A DNA stretch of 64,000 bases, taken from Camelus dromedarius (taxonomy: Eukaryota). Location: contig NC_087436.1 in the NCBI RefSeq assembly GCF_036321535.1, positions 91,142,001 through 91,206,000 on the forward strand, written 5' to 3'. This document shows positions 13,040 through 26,054 of the stretch, piece after piece. Under the pieces are notes generated by a model that worked only from the letters and a program-made list of their open reading frames with translations, was not told the DNA's origin and ran no database searches. Both the position numbers and the translations under genes were made by a program. Within the stretch, counting starts at the first letter, position 1. Every line of letters starts with the position of its first letter.

Positions 13040-13170
13040 GGAGCATTAATTCTTTCAGCATTCAATAACTATTGATTGAACTATGACAGTGTCCAGAATA
13101 GTTCGAGGTGCTGAGGCTTAAGTGGTGAAAAAGACATACCAATCTGCTTAGTGTGTCTTACCTACACTTT
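13040..13170 (-). mobile_element. L2 3' end
   Basis: 'cattcaataactattgattgaactatgacagtgtccagaatagttcgaggtgctgagg'. Confidence 0.6.
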
Positions 13171-13457
13171 CATTGATAAAAACTTTTTGTTTTTAAGCCA
13201 AAGTGAAACTTCTCCTATTTATAAATGCAAAACTAACTGATTTGTCAGAATTAATGCCAGGCACGGGGATACTCACTGTGCGGAGGCGTGGAAGACTGGT
13301 TGACTGCAGTGTCTGCTCTGTTTGCTTTTGTTCTTTCAGACGCAAATAGATCAAAATTAGTGAATTACATTTAATTGTGGAAATAATCTATAAGAAGTGG
13401 GAACTTTTCTTCTTTTTCAAACATTATTCGAAAATCAGAATGTTGAGGCTCCCCCGG

Positions 13458-13849
13458 TGTATTTCCTAAGGCTGCCATAACAAAGAACCACAGACCGGGT
13501 GACTTGAGCAACAGAAGTTTATTTTCAGTTCTGGAGGCTAGACGTCTGAGGTCACGGTGTAGGCAGGGTTGGTTTCTCCCACGGCCTCTCTCCTTGCTTG
13601 TTGACAGCTTCATCTAGTTTCTTCACATGGTTTTCCCACTGGTATGTCTGTGTCCTAATATCCTCTTTTAGTAAGGACACCAGCTGTATCAGGTTAGGGC
13701 CCACCTTGCTTATTTTATTAAACTGTAATTACCTCTTTAAAATGACCTCTTTGAAAAACCTTATCCCCAAGTATAGTCACATTCTGAGGTACTCGGGCTT
13801 AGGCCTTCATCATACGAGTTTTGGGAGGGTACACTTCAGTCTATAACCA
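13458..13849 (-). mobile_element. MaLR solo LTR (MLT1B/C-like)
   Basis: 'tttcctaaggctgccataacaaagaaccacagaccgggtgac..gttagggcccacc..cacattctgaggtact..ttcagtctataac'. Confidence 0.9.
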
Positions 13850-15385
13850 TGGAAATTATGTAACCATGAAGTGTTTCTTAATATTATAACAAGTGTTTCT
13901 GGTAGATGTTCTCTGTGGTTAAGTTAGCAGAACTATGTATCATTTCCATAGGTTAACTTTTGAGTTGACTTTTTGGAGTGTTTTAAATCATGTAACTATG
14001 TGTTTTGCTTTTCGAGGCTAAAGTTTGATGCAACTACTAAACTTATTTTTGGTGGACAAACCTGAATTATAGAGGAACAACCTCGCACAATTATATCAAA
14101 CCGGACTGCTTTCAACTGGTATTTCCCGAACAGGATTTGAGTCTCTAACTTTTTGTAAAATTTTTTTCTGTTCCAAATTTCCCATTCTTTTTTATATATA
14201 TATATATTTGCCTGTAAGTGTAGAGGCAAAATTGACTGACAGAGAAGAGAGAATGGCTGTTTATATTGTGTGTATGTGTGGGAGTCTATTGAATTATGTA
14301 GAAAAGCAGGATTATTTAGTGAAAAGAACCCTGATTGCTGGACTGGGAGTGAGGACAGATAGGTAAGACTCTAGGAGCTTGTACTATGTGTATAGACAGA
14401 CACAGGCAAATGGCCAGGTGGGTGGGTGACCAGGGGAAGGGTTGAGCAAGTTGGTGGGAGCCCCAGGAGAGTCTCCTAAGGCCATAGAAACATCTTTAGA
14501 AAAGATTGGCCAACCCTAACTGGTTAATAGTATTTTCCTGGATCTGAAGTATTGCATACAATCAAACTCGAAGCCATTTAGCTGGTTTAAAGTTAGGTAG
14601 TGTTAGAGAAACCTGCAGAAACTACTCAGTGCTGCTTTGTTAGGGTATAGTTCAGGATGAAATTATGATATCATTTAGATACTTGCATCAGCACCTGAGA
14701 TTGTGTAAGCTCTCTCTGAATGAATTCTGCTGTTAAATCAAGCCGTAAGGATTATCAGAAGTCTCATTAGATACCTATGGAAGAAATTAAACTTTTCTTT
14801 AGGAAAGAACTTCAGAATATATAGAAGGTATGCAGATCTGCTGATTACAGTGCTCTTCTTTTTATGCTTTAAGCAGCGCACCTTCTGTTCATAGCTCAGT
14901 GGGATAGAAAAAGCTTATAATTTCTCCATCATTGTTGATTCAAGTAAATAATAATCTCATGGTACATTTATTACTTACTTTTTCCCCCTGCTAACTTTCT
15001 ACCCTCCATTTGTCTTTAGAATTCTTATTTTGCCTCTAAACGGAGATGGAGTTCATTGTCTCTTGTGAACCATTCTCAAGAACTTTTTCCAACAGAGGAA
15101 TTGGGCCACTTTGTTTTTTGTTAAGCAGACTGACTTATAGACATTCTCTGGAATCACAGCTGTGTCAGTTAATGAACTGCAGAGAAGCTCTTGTTTCACT
15201 GATGTCTTGACAATTCACAAAATAATTAACAGCATAGCTGTTTTATTAATGGGATATTTTGTGTTCAGAATATTGTGATTGCTTGCTTCAAAAATTGCCC
15301 AAGAGTGGAAAAGCATGAACCTGTTCTGTGTAATGGGTATTCACTGAAGAAACAATGTAAGTGTGCTCACTTCACTAATTCAGGT

Positions 15386-15587
15386 CAGGGTTTCCCAACT
15401 TCAGGATTTCTGACGTCTTGCTCCAGTAATTCTTGTGCAGGCTGTTTAGTACCATTCCTGGCCTCTATCTAATAGGTGCCACTAGCATGTCCTACTTCCA
15501 GTTGTGATAGCTAAAAAAGTCCCCAGATATTTCCAAATGTCCTCAGGCGGAGGGGTGGGGGGAAGTTGCCGTAGTTGAGAACCACTG
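15386..15587 (-). mobile_element. MER20 hAT-Charlie MITE
   Basis: Terminal inverted repeats cagggtttcccaac and gttgagaaccactg. Internal 'ccagttgtgatagctaaaaaagtccccagatatttccaaatgtcc' matches reverse MER20. Confidence 0.85.
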
Positions 15588-15769
15588 ACTTAGATCAGTT
15601 TTAAAATCTACCCTGGAAGCTGAAACAGTCAAAGTTATGGTTGGTAAAAATAGAGTTGTGGTCAGCCCTTTCCTAGTCAGAAACCATGGCAGCAACAGCC
15701 ATCGATACTGCCTTTGGGCTGGGGGGATGGAAAGGAACATTTGCTGGGTTTAAATCCAGTTCCAGGGAC

Positions 15770-15960
15770 TTCCGGGGCCATTATTTCATTTCTTTCCTCC
15801 TAAGAGCGCTGAAGAGAACATTGTTGTTCTCATTCTGCTTCCCTGTGGATTGAGGCTCAAGGTGATTAAGCTACGTACACAGGGTCAGACACCTTATAGG
15901 TGACGCAGTTAGGATGAAACCTAACCAGACCCATCTCCAGACCCTGTTCCTTCCATCTCA
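15770..15960 (-). mobile_element. MIR SINE fragment
   Basis: 'gattgaggctcaaggtgattaagctacgtacacagggtcagac'. Confidence 0.55.
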
Positions 15961-17599
15961 TTCTGCTGTGTCCTTAAAACACTTTCTTCTGCAAGTTCTA
16001 CCATTTCTATCAGTGGTAACATGGTTCTAAGCTTCCAGATTTGTATTCTGTTTTACTTTTTAAAATTTTAATATATTAATAAAATGATTAGGTCTACTTC
16101 AAATGCCATATGGTTGTCATTTTAAAATTAACACAGAATTTGGAGGGACCCCCTTGACACTGTATCTACTCTCCAAAGTATTGGGATTTACGTTCTTTCT
16201 TGGACTATGGGATTGGTCCTGCCTCCTTCCTTCCCTCCTACGTACCCAGATTGAAAATCACACTAATGAATGTATCGAAAAGGTATTCACTCCAATAATT
16301 GATAATGAAGAAAATTACCTCATATTACAAGCACCTTAATTCCTAAATTATAAGACCTTCTTTCTAATAACAAAGTTTAATAGACTTCAGTACTTGGTTT
16401 TGTTTTCTTGAAGGGGTTTGATTAGCAACGACATGGCTAAGAAGTAGGTAGAAAAACTAAGGAGGGCTAAAATTCTAAGTTAAAGATAAGAATGTCAAGT
16501 TTTTGAGATTTCTATTTTATATGTAAAGAACACAGTATATTGCATCAAGCACAGACATTTAGAAAGATATTGCTAAGTAACAAAAATAAGAATGAATGGC
16601 ACGTATTTTAGGAATAGTTAATTAATGCCCAAGCTCAGATTGTGTAACTGCTGTTAAGCACAGAATAATTTATATAAAGAAAAAAAGGAGATCCGTAGTT
16701 AAAATTGGAAGCTATAAACATTATGACGAACAAGCCATTGTGACTTTTTTCTCTCATATTGTAAGAATCCTGGGCTTTCTCCCAATAGCAGCTACATCAA
16801 ATATTGAAACATCTGAAACAGATGCTGCATGTTTTTCCCCCCATAATTTCCAAGGGTTTTATCTATTCCAAATGGTAGGTAATGGATAGGGAGTCATTTA
16901 ATATCCCCATCATGCATAGGCTGTGATTGAACTTCTGTGAATCTGTTTGGATAGGTGCTCTCCAAAGTCTAATCTTGAGAAATGTGTTTCATTCCTTGGA
17001 AGGAAATATATACTATATGTCATACTTAGTAAATATTACAAAACCAGAGGGTATGAAAAAAACATTTGCTTTCAGGAAAACCTACTTACGCTACATCAGT
17101 TGTCTGAATTAACAAAACAATAAAATGACAAAGAAATGAAAGAGAAAACAATTTTAAATGCACCTTCAGGAAGGAATTCTACAAGTCCCTTGCCTTTCTG
17201 TTGGAAATTCACTGCTTATTATTCCCCTCCACTTCCTAAAAAGCAGCTTGTATTTGCCTCTGGACGAGAGTCATCCTATGGATTGAAGACCACTAACCAT
17301 ACTCTATTTTAAACTATTTAATTGTAGTTTCTTTAGAGCCTTCATTTTCTGACTTTTAAAAATTAGCTTCCTGACAGTCTTATAATTTTTCCTTATTACT
17401 TTTTAATAATATTACCTGAAGTGTTAGGAATTATTTTATTTCACGAGAGAGACTTTCTCAGGATTTTCCTGATCTTTTCTCTGAATGCCTAGGGGAGAAA
17501 CCTGGGAGAGGTTGTGACCTCTCTCTGTATTTGCAGCTCCTTTGCCAGGGCATCCTCAGTCCCCATCAATGGAATGCACGTCCCATTTAGGGGGACCGA

Positions 17600-17778
17600 C
17601 CATGGCCACTGTGAAATTTTTGTAAATAACCTTCTATTGGGACACATCATGCTCATTCATCTCCCTATTAGCTGTGTCTGTTTTTGACATAGCTGAGTAG
17701 TTGTGACCCAGTCTATGGCCTCCAAAGCTGAAAATATTTACTCTCTGACCCTATGAAAAAAAATTTGCCAGCCCTTGA
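17600..17778. mobile_element. MER58A hAT MITE
   Basis: 'tttttgtaaataaccttctattgggacaca..gctgagtagttgtgac..aagctgaaaatatttactctctgaccct..tttgccagcccttg'. Confidence 0.8.
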
Positions 17779-17923
17779 TTTTTTTCCTATCAGTGTCCAG
17801 ATGAATCTTTGCCAATTAAACCACTGTTCACCTCATCTCTTCTTGCAGGCACCTGACTTGCCTTACATTTTGGGCCCTTTGGTTGCCGGTTAAGTTCAAG
17901 CTGTCAACTTGCTGTTTATTCAT

Positions 17924-18287
17924 TGCTCTGGACTGAATATTTGTGCCCCTCAAAATTTATGTGTTAAATCCTCATGCCCAACATAATGGTATTTGGAGGT
18001 GAGGCCTTTGAAAAGTGATAAGGTCATGAAGGGGGAGCTCTCCTGAATGGGACTGGTGCCTTTATAAACGAGACCTGGGGAGCTTGCTCTCCCCTTCTGT
18101 CATGCAAGGACACAGTGAAAAGATGGCCATTTACGAACCAGAAAGCAGGTCCTCACCAGACACTGAATCTGTCAGTGCCTTGATCTTGGACTTCCCAATC
18201 TCCGAAACTGTGAGAAATAGATTTCTGTTGGTTATAAACCACTCAGTCTGTGGTGTTCTGTTACTGAAGCCCAGATGAACTAAGACA
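17924..18287 (+). mobile_element. MaLR solo LTR (MLT1A-like)
   Basis: TG..CA termini with MLT1A motifs and a near TSD (ttcat / tccat). Confidence 0.9.
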
Positions 18288-18289
18288 TC

Positions 18290-19010
18290 CATCGTGTTTT
18301 GTTTAAAGTTGGGAGTGAAGTTTTTTCAATTCTCTATATCCCCATGTAATACCCAAAAGTTGCCATTCCTCCTCCTCTGTCTCTCTTTTTTTTCTCTTAC
18401 AATTTATCTGTTAAAGAACCTGGGTAATTTGGTAGATTTTCCTACAGTCTGATGTTTTTGTAGCATTAAGCTAATATGGTTTCTTACTTTCTGAGATTTC
18501 CTGGCTTGGTTCTCTTCTGGGCTATTTTATTTCTTCCTTCCTCTGTATTTGCCAGTAGTTTTTCCTTGATATGGAGTCCTGTTCAGGAAGGCAGCTTGGA
18601 AGGTCCTTTTTAGAAGTCACAGGCATTAAATTGTTCAGCTCCTTCAGTCCTTACCGTTGGAGTGGGGGAAACCTCTGCCGTTCAATTGCGGTTCTTAAAC
18701 TGACCAGTGGCACTTTTCAGTGACTACCTAGTGGCTAATTCGGGGTTCTTTTGTTCTCAGGTCTTCAGTGGCTTTGTTGATTCCCTCTGTTTCTTTTTAC
18801 AAAGTGATGATACCAAGCAGGTCTTATGACTGTTGGTGGTTTGAAACCACTCACTTTTACTTTGAGACTTTGCAGGATATCTTTTCACCTAATTGGTAAA
18901 TGCTGTCCATGGGTTCCTAATTTTGCAATAGAATAACGCTCTCTATTTTTACATGGAGATTCAGAAGATTCAAAATTAGGTTTCCCCTGCTTCCACCATT
19001 TTCCCAGAAT
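18290..19010 (-). mobile_element. Ancient L1 (L1MC/MD-like) fragments
   Basis: 'atttatctgttaaagaacctgggtaatttgg..ttttcctacagtctg' and 'ggtaaatgctgtccatgggtt' are L1MC-like text. Confidence 0.45.
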
Positions 19011-19189
19011 TTATGACTCAATTCTTTTGGATTGGTTAAATTTATTTGGATGTAGTATGTTAGACTGTTTGAGAATAAGAATAATAAAATAATTTGAGTT
19101 TTTATTAAACACAGCCACCCTTGGGTATATGCACGGTGGTTGTCAGGTGAACACACTGGTAATGTGTGCATTTAAAAATTATAGTAATG

Positions 19190-19400
19190 ATAGCTACTCT
19201 TTTTGATCATTTTTTCTTTGTGTATTATCTTAATTTACCTGAGGAGGTACAGAGCATTTGTTATTATTTTACAGATGAGGAGGCTGAGGCTCAAAGAAGT
19301 TAAGTATGATTTGCACAAGGTAACACACTAGTAATTGGGGAGCTGGAATTCTGACAAAGGCGTGTCTAAGTCCAAAGCCTGTGCCTTGTCCACTGTAATC
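19190..19400 (-). mobile_element. MIR SINE
   Basis: 'ttttacagatgaggaggctgaggctcaaagaagttaagt..ttgcacaaggtaacacactagtaa'. Confidence 0.85.
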
Positions 19401-21754
19401 CACTTTCAGTTGTTCAGGAAGACCTGCTTTTCTTCTTTCTTCTTTTCTCTATTCCCTTACCCACTGCCCTAATCTTCTGTAAAAGCTGCTAAAAATACCC
19501 TCACCCATCCTTTCTCAGCTTCCTCCTTGCCTGCTAATCTCAGTTTGATCCCTTGTTTAACCATAAGAATCCAAAACAAGAAAATGTTAAAACCTCTGTT
19601 GTAAGTTCGAATTGGCCAGAAAGGTCTATGAATAGACAGTATTACAGTTCACATTTTATTGCCACAGAAGAAATTTCAACAGTTCTACCACTGGCCCTTG
19701 CTGATTTTTTTTTTGCCCTGTTTCCAACGACTGCCCGTTATAAATCCTGTGCCCTGGCCAGAGCAATCTGTTCCCTTTCTGTAGTGCTGCCATTGAGTTT
19801 CATCCTTGTCTTCGCTCATCCTGCTGCCTCTTCGTGTGTGTGCTCCTTCCATTTGCCATCCTCTAAAGCCAGATGCAGAGGTGGCCTGCTCTGTGAAGCT
19901 GTCGCCAGTTTCTGCCAATGCCCAGGCAGAATGTATGGTCCTTAATGGTCCTTGCCCAGTCATTGGAAAGGATCTTTATCATAGCATTCATCAGAATGTG
20001 TTTAGGGGAATTATTTGTGAACCTGTCCGATCTCCTAGGCTCTGCATTTACCGAGGAGAAGGACACACCTTACTCATCTTTGTGACCCCAGAGCCTCGGG
20101 TGCCTAGAATTCAGTAGTTACTTAAATCAGCTTTGTTAGATAAACCCAGTCAGTACTGGTGAGATTAAACTGTTAGTTGTAAGACAAGTTTTAGCTTCTT
20201 GGTTAGAAAACAAATACTTAGCAATTGCACATTTACTTGGCTTTTCTGTTATTACTTATCTAATAGCATATATTCAAAACTAGACTTAAATAAGCATGGC
20301 TAAACAGCAAACAGCAGTTGTTTACCTCTATTTGCCACAAAATTAACTTTTTTTCCTTGCTTGGTAGTTCTCTGAGAATTATCTGAGTGTGAATAGTATT
20401 TCTTCATGTAGCTCATCATGCCCAGAAAATTAAATACTTTTAATTAACATTTGTAATCAGCTTTTCCTGTTCTTGGGTCTAGTGGTTTATATTCATTTAA
20501 ACAAATTGAATTTTAAGGATAAATTAAATACTGCCTTTATAAGGCCAAATTCAGATTGATTTTCTTTTCTCCAACTTCACATGGTTTATCAACTTACATT
20601 TCTGTCATTCATTTATTTATTCACTCATTTAATAAATCACGTATGTATTGAAAGCTAATAGCTGTCATCTCTAGATAGGTCTAGCATTTGCCCAAATCAG
20701 GGGTGATGGACCTTTCTGGAAAACTCTCTGCTTTGATTTTTTAAATTACAGTGACATAGAAATTTTAGGATGTCAAGAGACAAAGACTAGACAAAGCGGC
20801 TTTACTATTCATTTATTTTCTGATCAAATACAGTCTTAAACAATATTCAGAAGTTAATTAAACCTCTTCTGGTCCTCTGCCTAAAGGTGAAATTATTCAG
20901 TTGTCCTGGTGGGTCTAGGTTCCAGGTTATCATTACTCTCTGAATGGATGTTGCAAAGGAGTTATCTTTTGGCTCCTTCATCTCAGGGGAGAAGTTAGAT
21001 CTTTGGATGAAATTCAAACGTAATTTTCTTACCTTACTTGTGATGCACCAGAGAAAATTTATCTCTGTTTTTAAATAGAAATATATAAAAACAGTTTCTA
21101 GGAAACTGGAGGATATTTGATGTTCTCCTTCCTTATTGCAAGATGCAGTCTCTAGTTTTGGGAAAAGGCTCACAGACCTTTGGACAGCTTTTTTAGACAA
21201 TAGGAACGATTTACACAGCCTGTCAGTACTTCCAGCTTCCTGCAGGAAGGGAGACTTGTTCCCAGTGGGCATCACTGGTGTGTTTTTCAGACTTCATGGA
21301 GGAGGTTTTTCTCAAGGATCTGCAATAGACAGGGATACAAACCCAAGTAATGCCTGGATCTTTACTGCAGATAGTATGTTATCTAACAAGAAAAAACATA
21401 TTACCCAGGAGTATAAAACAGTGTGGCAAGCTCATTGAGTCAATAATTTACTAGAATAGATAATGTTATTATTTTATCTTAAAATAATTCTCAAGGCTGA
21501 TGTTTCATCAAAGACAATTTGTAGATAAAGTGCTCTCCTAAAGTAATCACCTATGAGCTATAATTTGGTCATGCTTTTTAATAAACTTTGTTTTCTAATT
21601 TCTATGGGAGCTATACATTAGATTCTGATAATAAGCTAGGAAAAAACCAGGGAAGATGTCGAATATCTAGCTCTCAGGGACAATTTGGTCTGGGAGTGAA
21701 AAGCCATAAGTCACCTCCAACATCATTGTTATGTTACAGGGATTGGAATTTGGA

Positions 21755-21945
21755 GCTTGGGGCTTTGAAGTCAGACACACAAGGATTCAACTTCTGGCTC
21801 CTTATTCGTTGTGTGCTCTCAGTATCATTTCTTCACTGTGAGATGCTTCAGATATTATTTTGAGGATTAAAAGAGATTATGATTCTAAATATTCATAGTA
21901 GCATGCCTGGCATATAGTAAGCCCTCAACATATATTTACTATCTT
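21755..21945 (+). mobile_element. MIR SINE
   Basis: 'ggctttgaagtcagacacacaaggattcaa..gaggattaaaagaga..gcatgcctggcatatagtaagccctcaa'. Confidence 0.8.
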
Positions 21946-22562
21946 TATGCTACTGCAATAATTCCCCTGAATTGTTTAAATATTTAATTATTAAATATTG
22001 AATATTTTTAAATATTTCAAATATTTTACAGTATACCTATGCAAGTAAGTGTCAAAATAAAAAAAGAAAAGTGAGGTGAAAGTGTTGCAAAGGACTCATG
22101 GCCTCAGAAAGAGTGGCCATCATTCTAATCCTCGGCTATGGGGGGGCCAGACAATTTGTTAGGATACGTTATTTTAAATGGACTCAAAAGGATCAGGAGA
22201 TGCTTCCGACTTTTTATCTGATGTCTAGTGGAAACAGTGCCATTTTTATGTTACAATTCACAACTCAGAGGCCTCTCATCTTATTTTACACCCTGGAAAC
22301 CAATTTGGTCACTAAAAGTTTGTAAGGGGAGCACTGAAGCAGATCAAAGGGAATTGCATTGTTTCGTGGGATTTATTTTTTTTTTTAATCCAAGTTGCTT
22401 ATTGATCCACAAAGGTCTCCTGACCAAGAAGAGTATACTTTTCCAATAACTAGTGTACTTCAGAGTCTCTCTCCTTTGGTCATGGTGAGTAATAATAATA
22501 AAAAAAAACCTCAATATTTTGTACTTTTTCAGTGTTTTTTCAGTACTCTGTGAAGACCAACA

Positions 22563-22860
22563 TATTAGTTTTCTATTACTGCTGTAACAAATTACCACAA
22601 ACTTAGTGGCTTAAAACAATATACATCTTATACTTCTGGAGTTCAGAAGTCTGAAATGGGTCTCTTTGGGCTAAAATTTGTGTCAGCAGGGCTGTGTTTC
22701 TTTTAGAGGAGGCTCTAGTGGACAATCTCTTTTCCTTGCTTTTTCTAGCTTCTAGAAACCTGCCTGTATTGTTTGGTTCTTGGACCCCTTCCATCTTTAA
22801 ACCCAGCAGAGTAATATTTCAAATTAATCTCTCTATCTGTCTCTGCCTGATTCTGTCTGA
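22563..22860 (-). mobile_element. MaLR LTR (MLT1D-like), truncated at the adjacent L1
   Basis: 'tattagttttctattactgctgtaacaaattaccacaaacttagtggcttaaaacaa..gggctaaaat..tcagcagggctgtgtttc'. Confidence 0.85.
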
Positions 22861-22877
22861 TTCAACCCAGCATATGT

Positions 22878-23766
22878 AGGTTGTTTGCTTTTGCGATGTT
22901 GAGTTGTATGAGCTATTTATAAGTGTTGGATATTAACCCCTTATTGGTCATATCATTTGCAAATATTTTCTCCCATTCAGTAGGTTGTCTTTTTGTTTTG
23001 TCAATGGTTGTCTTTGCTGTGCAAAAGCTTTTAAGTTTAATTAGATCCCCTTTGTTTATTTGTATGGAAGTTTCTCAAAAAACTAAAAATAGAACTTCCA
23101 TATGACCCAGAAATTCCTGGGTGTATATCTGAAAATAAAAACAAAAACACTAATTTGAAATAATAGATGTACCTCAGTGTTCATAACAGGATTATTTACA
23201 ATTGCCAAGATATGGAAGCAACCTAACTGTTCATCAACTGATGAATGAATAAAGAAGATGTGATACACACACACACACACACACACATGTGGAATGCACA
23301 TATATATTCCATATACCCAATGGAATACTATTCAGCCATAAAAAATAATGAAGTCTTGCCATTTGCAGTGATATGGATGGACTTGGATGGCATTATGCTA
23401 AGTGAAATAACAGACAGAGGAAGACAAATACTATATGATATCACTTCCATCTAGAATCTGAAAAATAAAACAAACTAGTGAAAATAATAAAAAGGAAGCA
23501 GACTCACAAATGTAGAGAACAAATTAGTGGTTACCGGTGGGGAGAGGGCAGTGGGGAGGGGCAATATAGGAATAAGAGATAAAAGGTACAGACTAATATG
23601 TGTAAAATGGATAAGCAACAAGGATATAGTGTGTAGCACAGGGAATTATGGCCATTATCTTGGGATAACATTTAATTGAGTATAATTTATAAAAATACTG
23701 AATCACTATGCTTTACACCTGAAGCTAATGTAATATTGTAAGCTAACTATATTTTAATAAAAAAAA
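22878..23766 (+). mobile_element. 5'-inverted (twin-primed) L1
   Basis: 22878-23060 is antisense ORF2 ([24 protein letters not shown] region). It abuts the sense ORF2 end, 3'UTR and A-tail at 23061-23766, which contains an internal (CA)n. Confidence 0.88.
23265..23287 (+). repeat. (CA)n microsatellite
   Basis: Visible run inside the L1. Confidence 0.9.
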
Positions 23767-25156
23767 TAATAAAGTTGCAAGTTTCAGTTACCTGGGAAAT
23801 TTATTTCCATGGAATTGCTCATTTTCTAAGGATGCTAATTTAGTTAGATATTACTGTGTCATATATAGGCATTTGATAAATTTTAACAAATACGTTATTC
23901 TGACTTGTTTAAATATGCTCATATTTTTCCCTGTCAGTTGAGGTAAATTATACAGTGAATTTATCTCTTTGAGGGCCTTCCATATATTGATGCAATATGT
24001 TTACATTGGCTTGAGATGTAATAGGTACTATTACTAAAGAATTTATGATACTAAGCAGCAAAATGTAAAGACAGAATAAACATCGTTTACTTGGGAGTGA
24101 CTTCCAGGTGGAATACAGGCAGTATTTTATTGCATTATCTATTCATTTTATAGATTCTGCACTAATGAATAAATTTCAATAGCAGGAAAGTGTGATCTTG
24201 ACAAAGAAAAGATGACTGGGAGAAAGGAATTAGAATTATGAGCAAAAGGTATTTGTTGAATTGTAAGAGAAGGGTATTTTTGTGCTTTGGACCAGCCGTT
24301 TAAAAAAATAAAAACTACCTACCTACATGCAGTCTCAGGCAAATAGCTTTTACATCATATTAAAAATTTAACTAATTGACAGTATGGCTAGAAAAATGAT
24401 AGTATTAATTTTAAATTTTATTTTGAGTGTCATTGTAGTAAGTGCTTCCTTTCTCATTCCATTATATACTTGGAGATTGTTCTGTCTGATTAAATACTCT
24501 TAAAATGTGTAATCTTAGGCCATGGTCTGCCTGCTATCTCTATCAAAGAAGCAAATCTTATAGGAATTCCTTTCATAGAAGGCTAATTTTCAAAGCTGTA
24601 TGGCTTGCTGTCTTCTAATAAATCCATTGCTTTTAGAAGTTGTGCAAGTGCTCCTGAGACATTAAGCTGATGCACAGTATTTTACAGATACCGTATTTGA
24701 AAAATTATATTATAACTTGGGAACTTAGTGATGAGTATGTGTTCTTCCTTCTCTAGAAGAACACTTTTTCAGTGACTTTGGAGTTCTCTGAGCTAACTCA
24801 AAGTCTCTGGCTGGAGAGATAATTTGATAGTATAAAGTAGCTAATATAATAACACATCTTGATTGCTTCCAAATACTACGTATCTGTTAATCACCATCAT
24901 AACCTTGTATGAGCCACTAACCCCATTTTCCAGATAAGGAAACGTGGAATTTCAGACAGATATTAGTTACTTTAGATTAATTTAAAAAATTAATGTAAAC
25001 AAGTAGATCTCTTCTCAGTTGGCCACATGAATATCTGCTCTCAAGTCTCTTTCCTGATTGTTTAATCTGTCCGATCGTTACATAGTGCTCTACTCTAAGT
25101 ATTCTAAATTTTATCCCACGTTCAAAGTATCAAAATTTTATCTTCTTGTAACCTGT

Positions 25157-25612
25157 GTGTATTGGTTTCCTTTGAGCTTCTGTAACAAAGTACCATAAAC
25201 TAGGTGGCTTAAAACAACAGCAATTTATTCTCTTGCAGTTCTGGAGAAGTTCAAAATCAAGGTATCTGCAGGGCCATGCTCTCCTGAGACACTGAGTAGA
25301 ATCCTTCCTTGCCTGTTCATTGCATCTGTTGATGGATGTCAGTGCTTGGCATTGCTTGGCTTGCAACTGCAGCCTCTGTCATCACGTGGAGTTTTCCTGG
25401 TGTGTCTGTGTGTCTTCACGAGGCATTCTCCTTCCTGTCCCTCCTATAAGGACACTAGTCACATCAGAATAAGGGTCTAGCCTACTCCAAGATGACCTCT
25501 TCTTAGCTAATACATTGGTTACAACTGTGTTTTTGAATAGGGTAATGTTCTGAAGGCTTGGGGGTTAGAATTTCAACATATCTTCTTTGGAGGACACAAT
25601 TCAACCCATAAT
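25157..25612 (-). mobile_element. MaLR solo LTR (MLT1C-like)
   Basis: 'tgtattggtttcc..ctgtaacaaagtaccataaactaggtggcttaaaacaacag..ggacacaattcaacccataa'. Confidence 0.9.
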
Positions 25613-26054
25613 GTCGTGTGTACTATATTTGGAAAAACATACAATTATTTTTTAAATTGTGTTTTTTGGCATTATATTCTCAGGTTTATATCAAGGACTA
25701 ATTAGTGTTTGAAAACAGTTATTGGTACTTTTTATAAGTAAGTGCGTCCCCAAGTTTGTTCCAAGAAAAACTAATTTTTCAAGATGCTCTGAGAAGAATG
25801 GAGTGTGTTATCAAGTAATTGTGGGATTGACTGAATATTTTATGCACCCTTCTTGGAGACTTAGTGCCCCAGTTAAAGTCATTCAGAAGTCCTGTGTAAA
25901 ATCTATTGAACCTAACCATAAGTTCCCTAAATGTGTTTGATGTCAGAAACTCTTAATTATATTAATAGTCATTACTTTGAACAAATATCTTGGAAAATGA
26001 CAAATTAAGGGATCACAACATATATACTATTGTCCCTTTTCCTTAAAAACATGG

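Noticed and set aside
19553..20117. Four overlapping ORFs of 67-130 aa
   Set aside because: No recognisable homology. The 3' part overlaps L2-like sequence and such ORF lengths arise by chance.
21975..22028. Repeated aaatattt units
   Set aside because: AT-rich low-complexity sequence with no regular spacer structure, so not CRISPR-like.
24729..24792. GTGATGA...CTGA resembling a C/D box snoRNA
   Set aside because: Only about 62 nt, with no convincing terminal stem, C'/D' boxes or recognisable rRNA guide.
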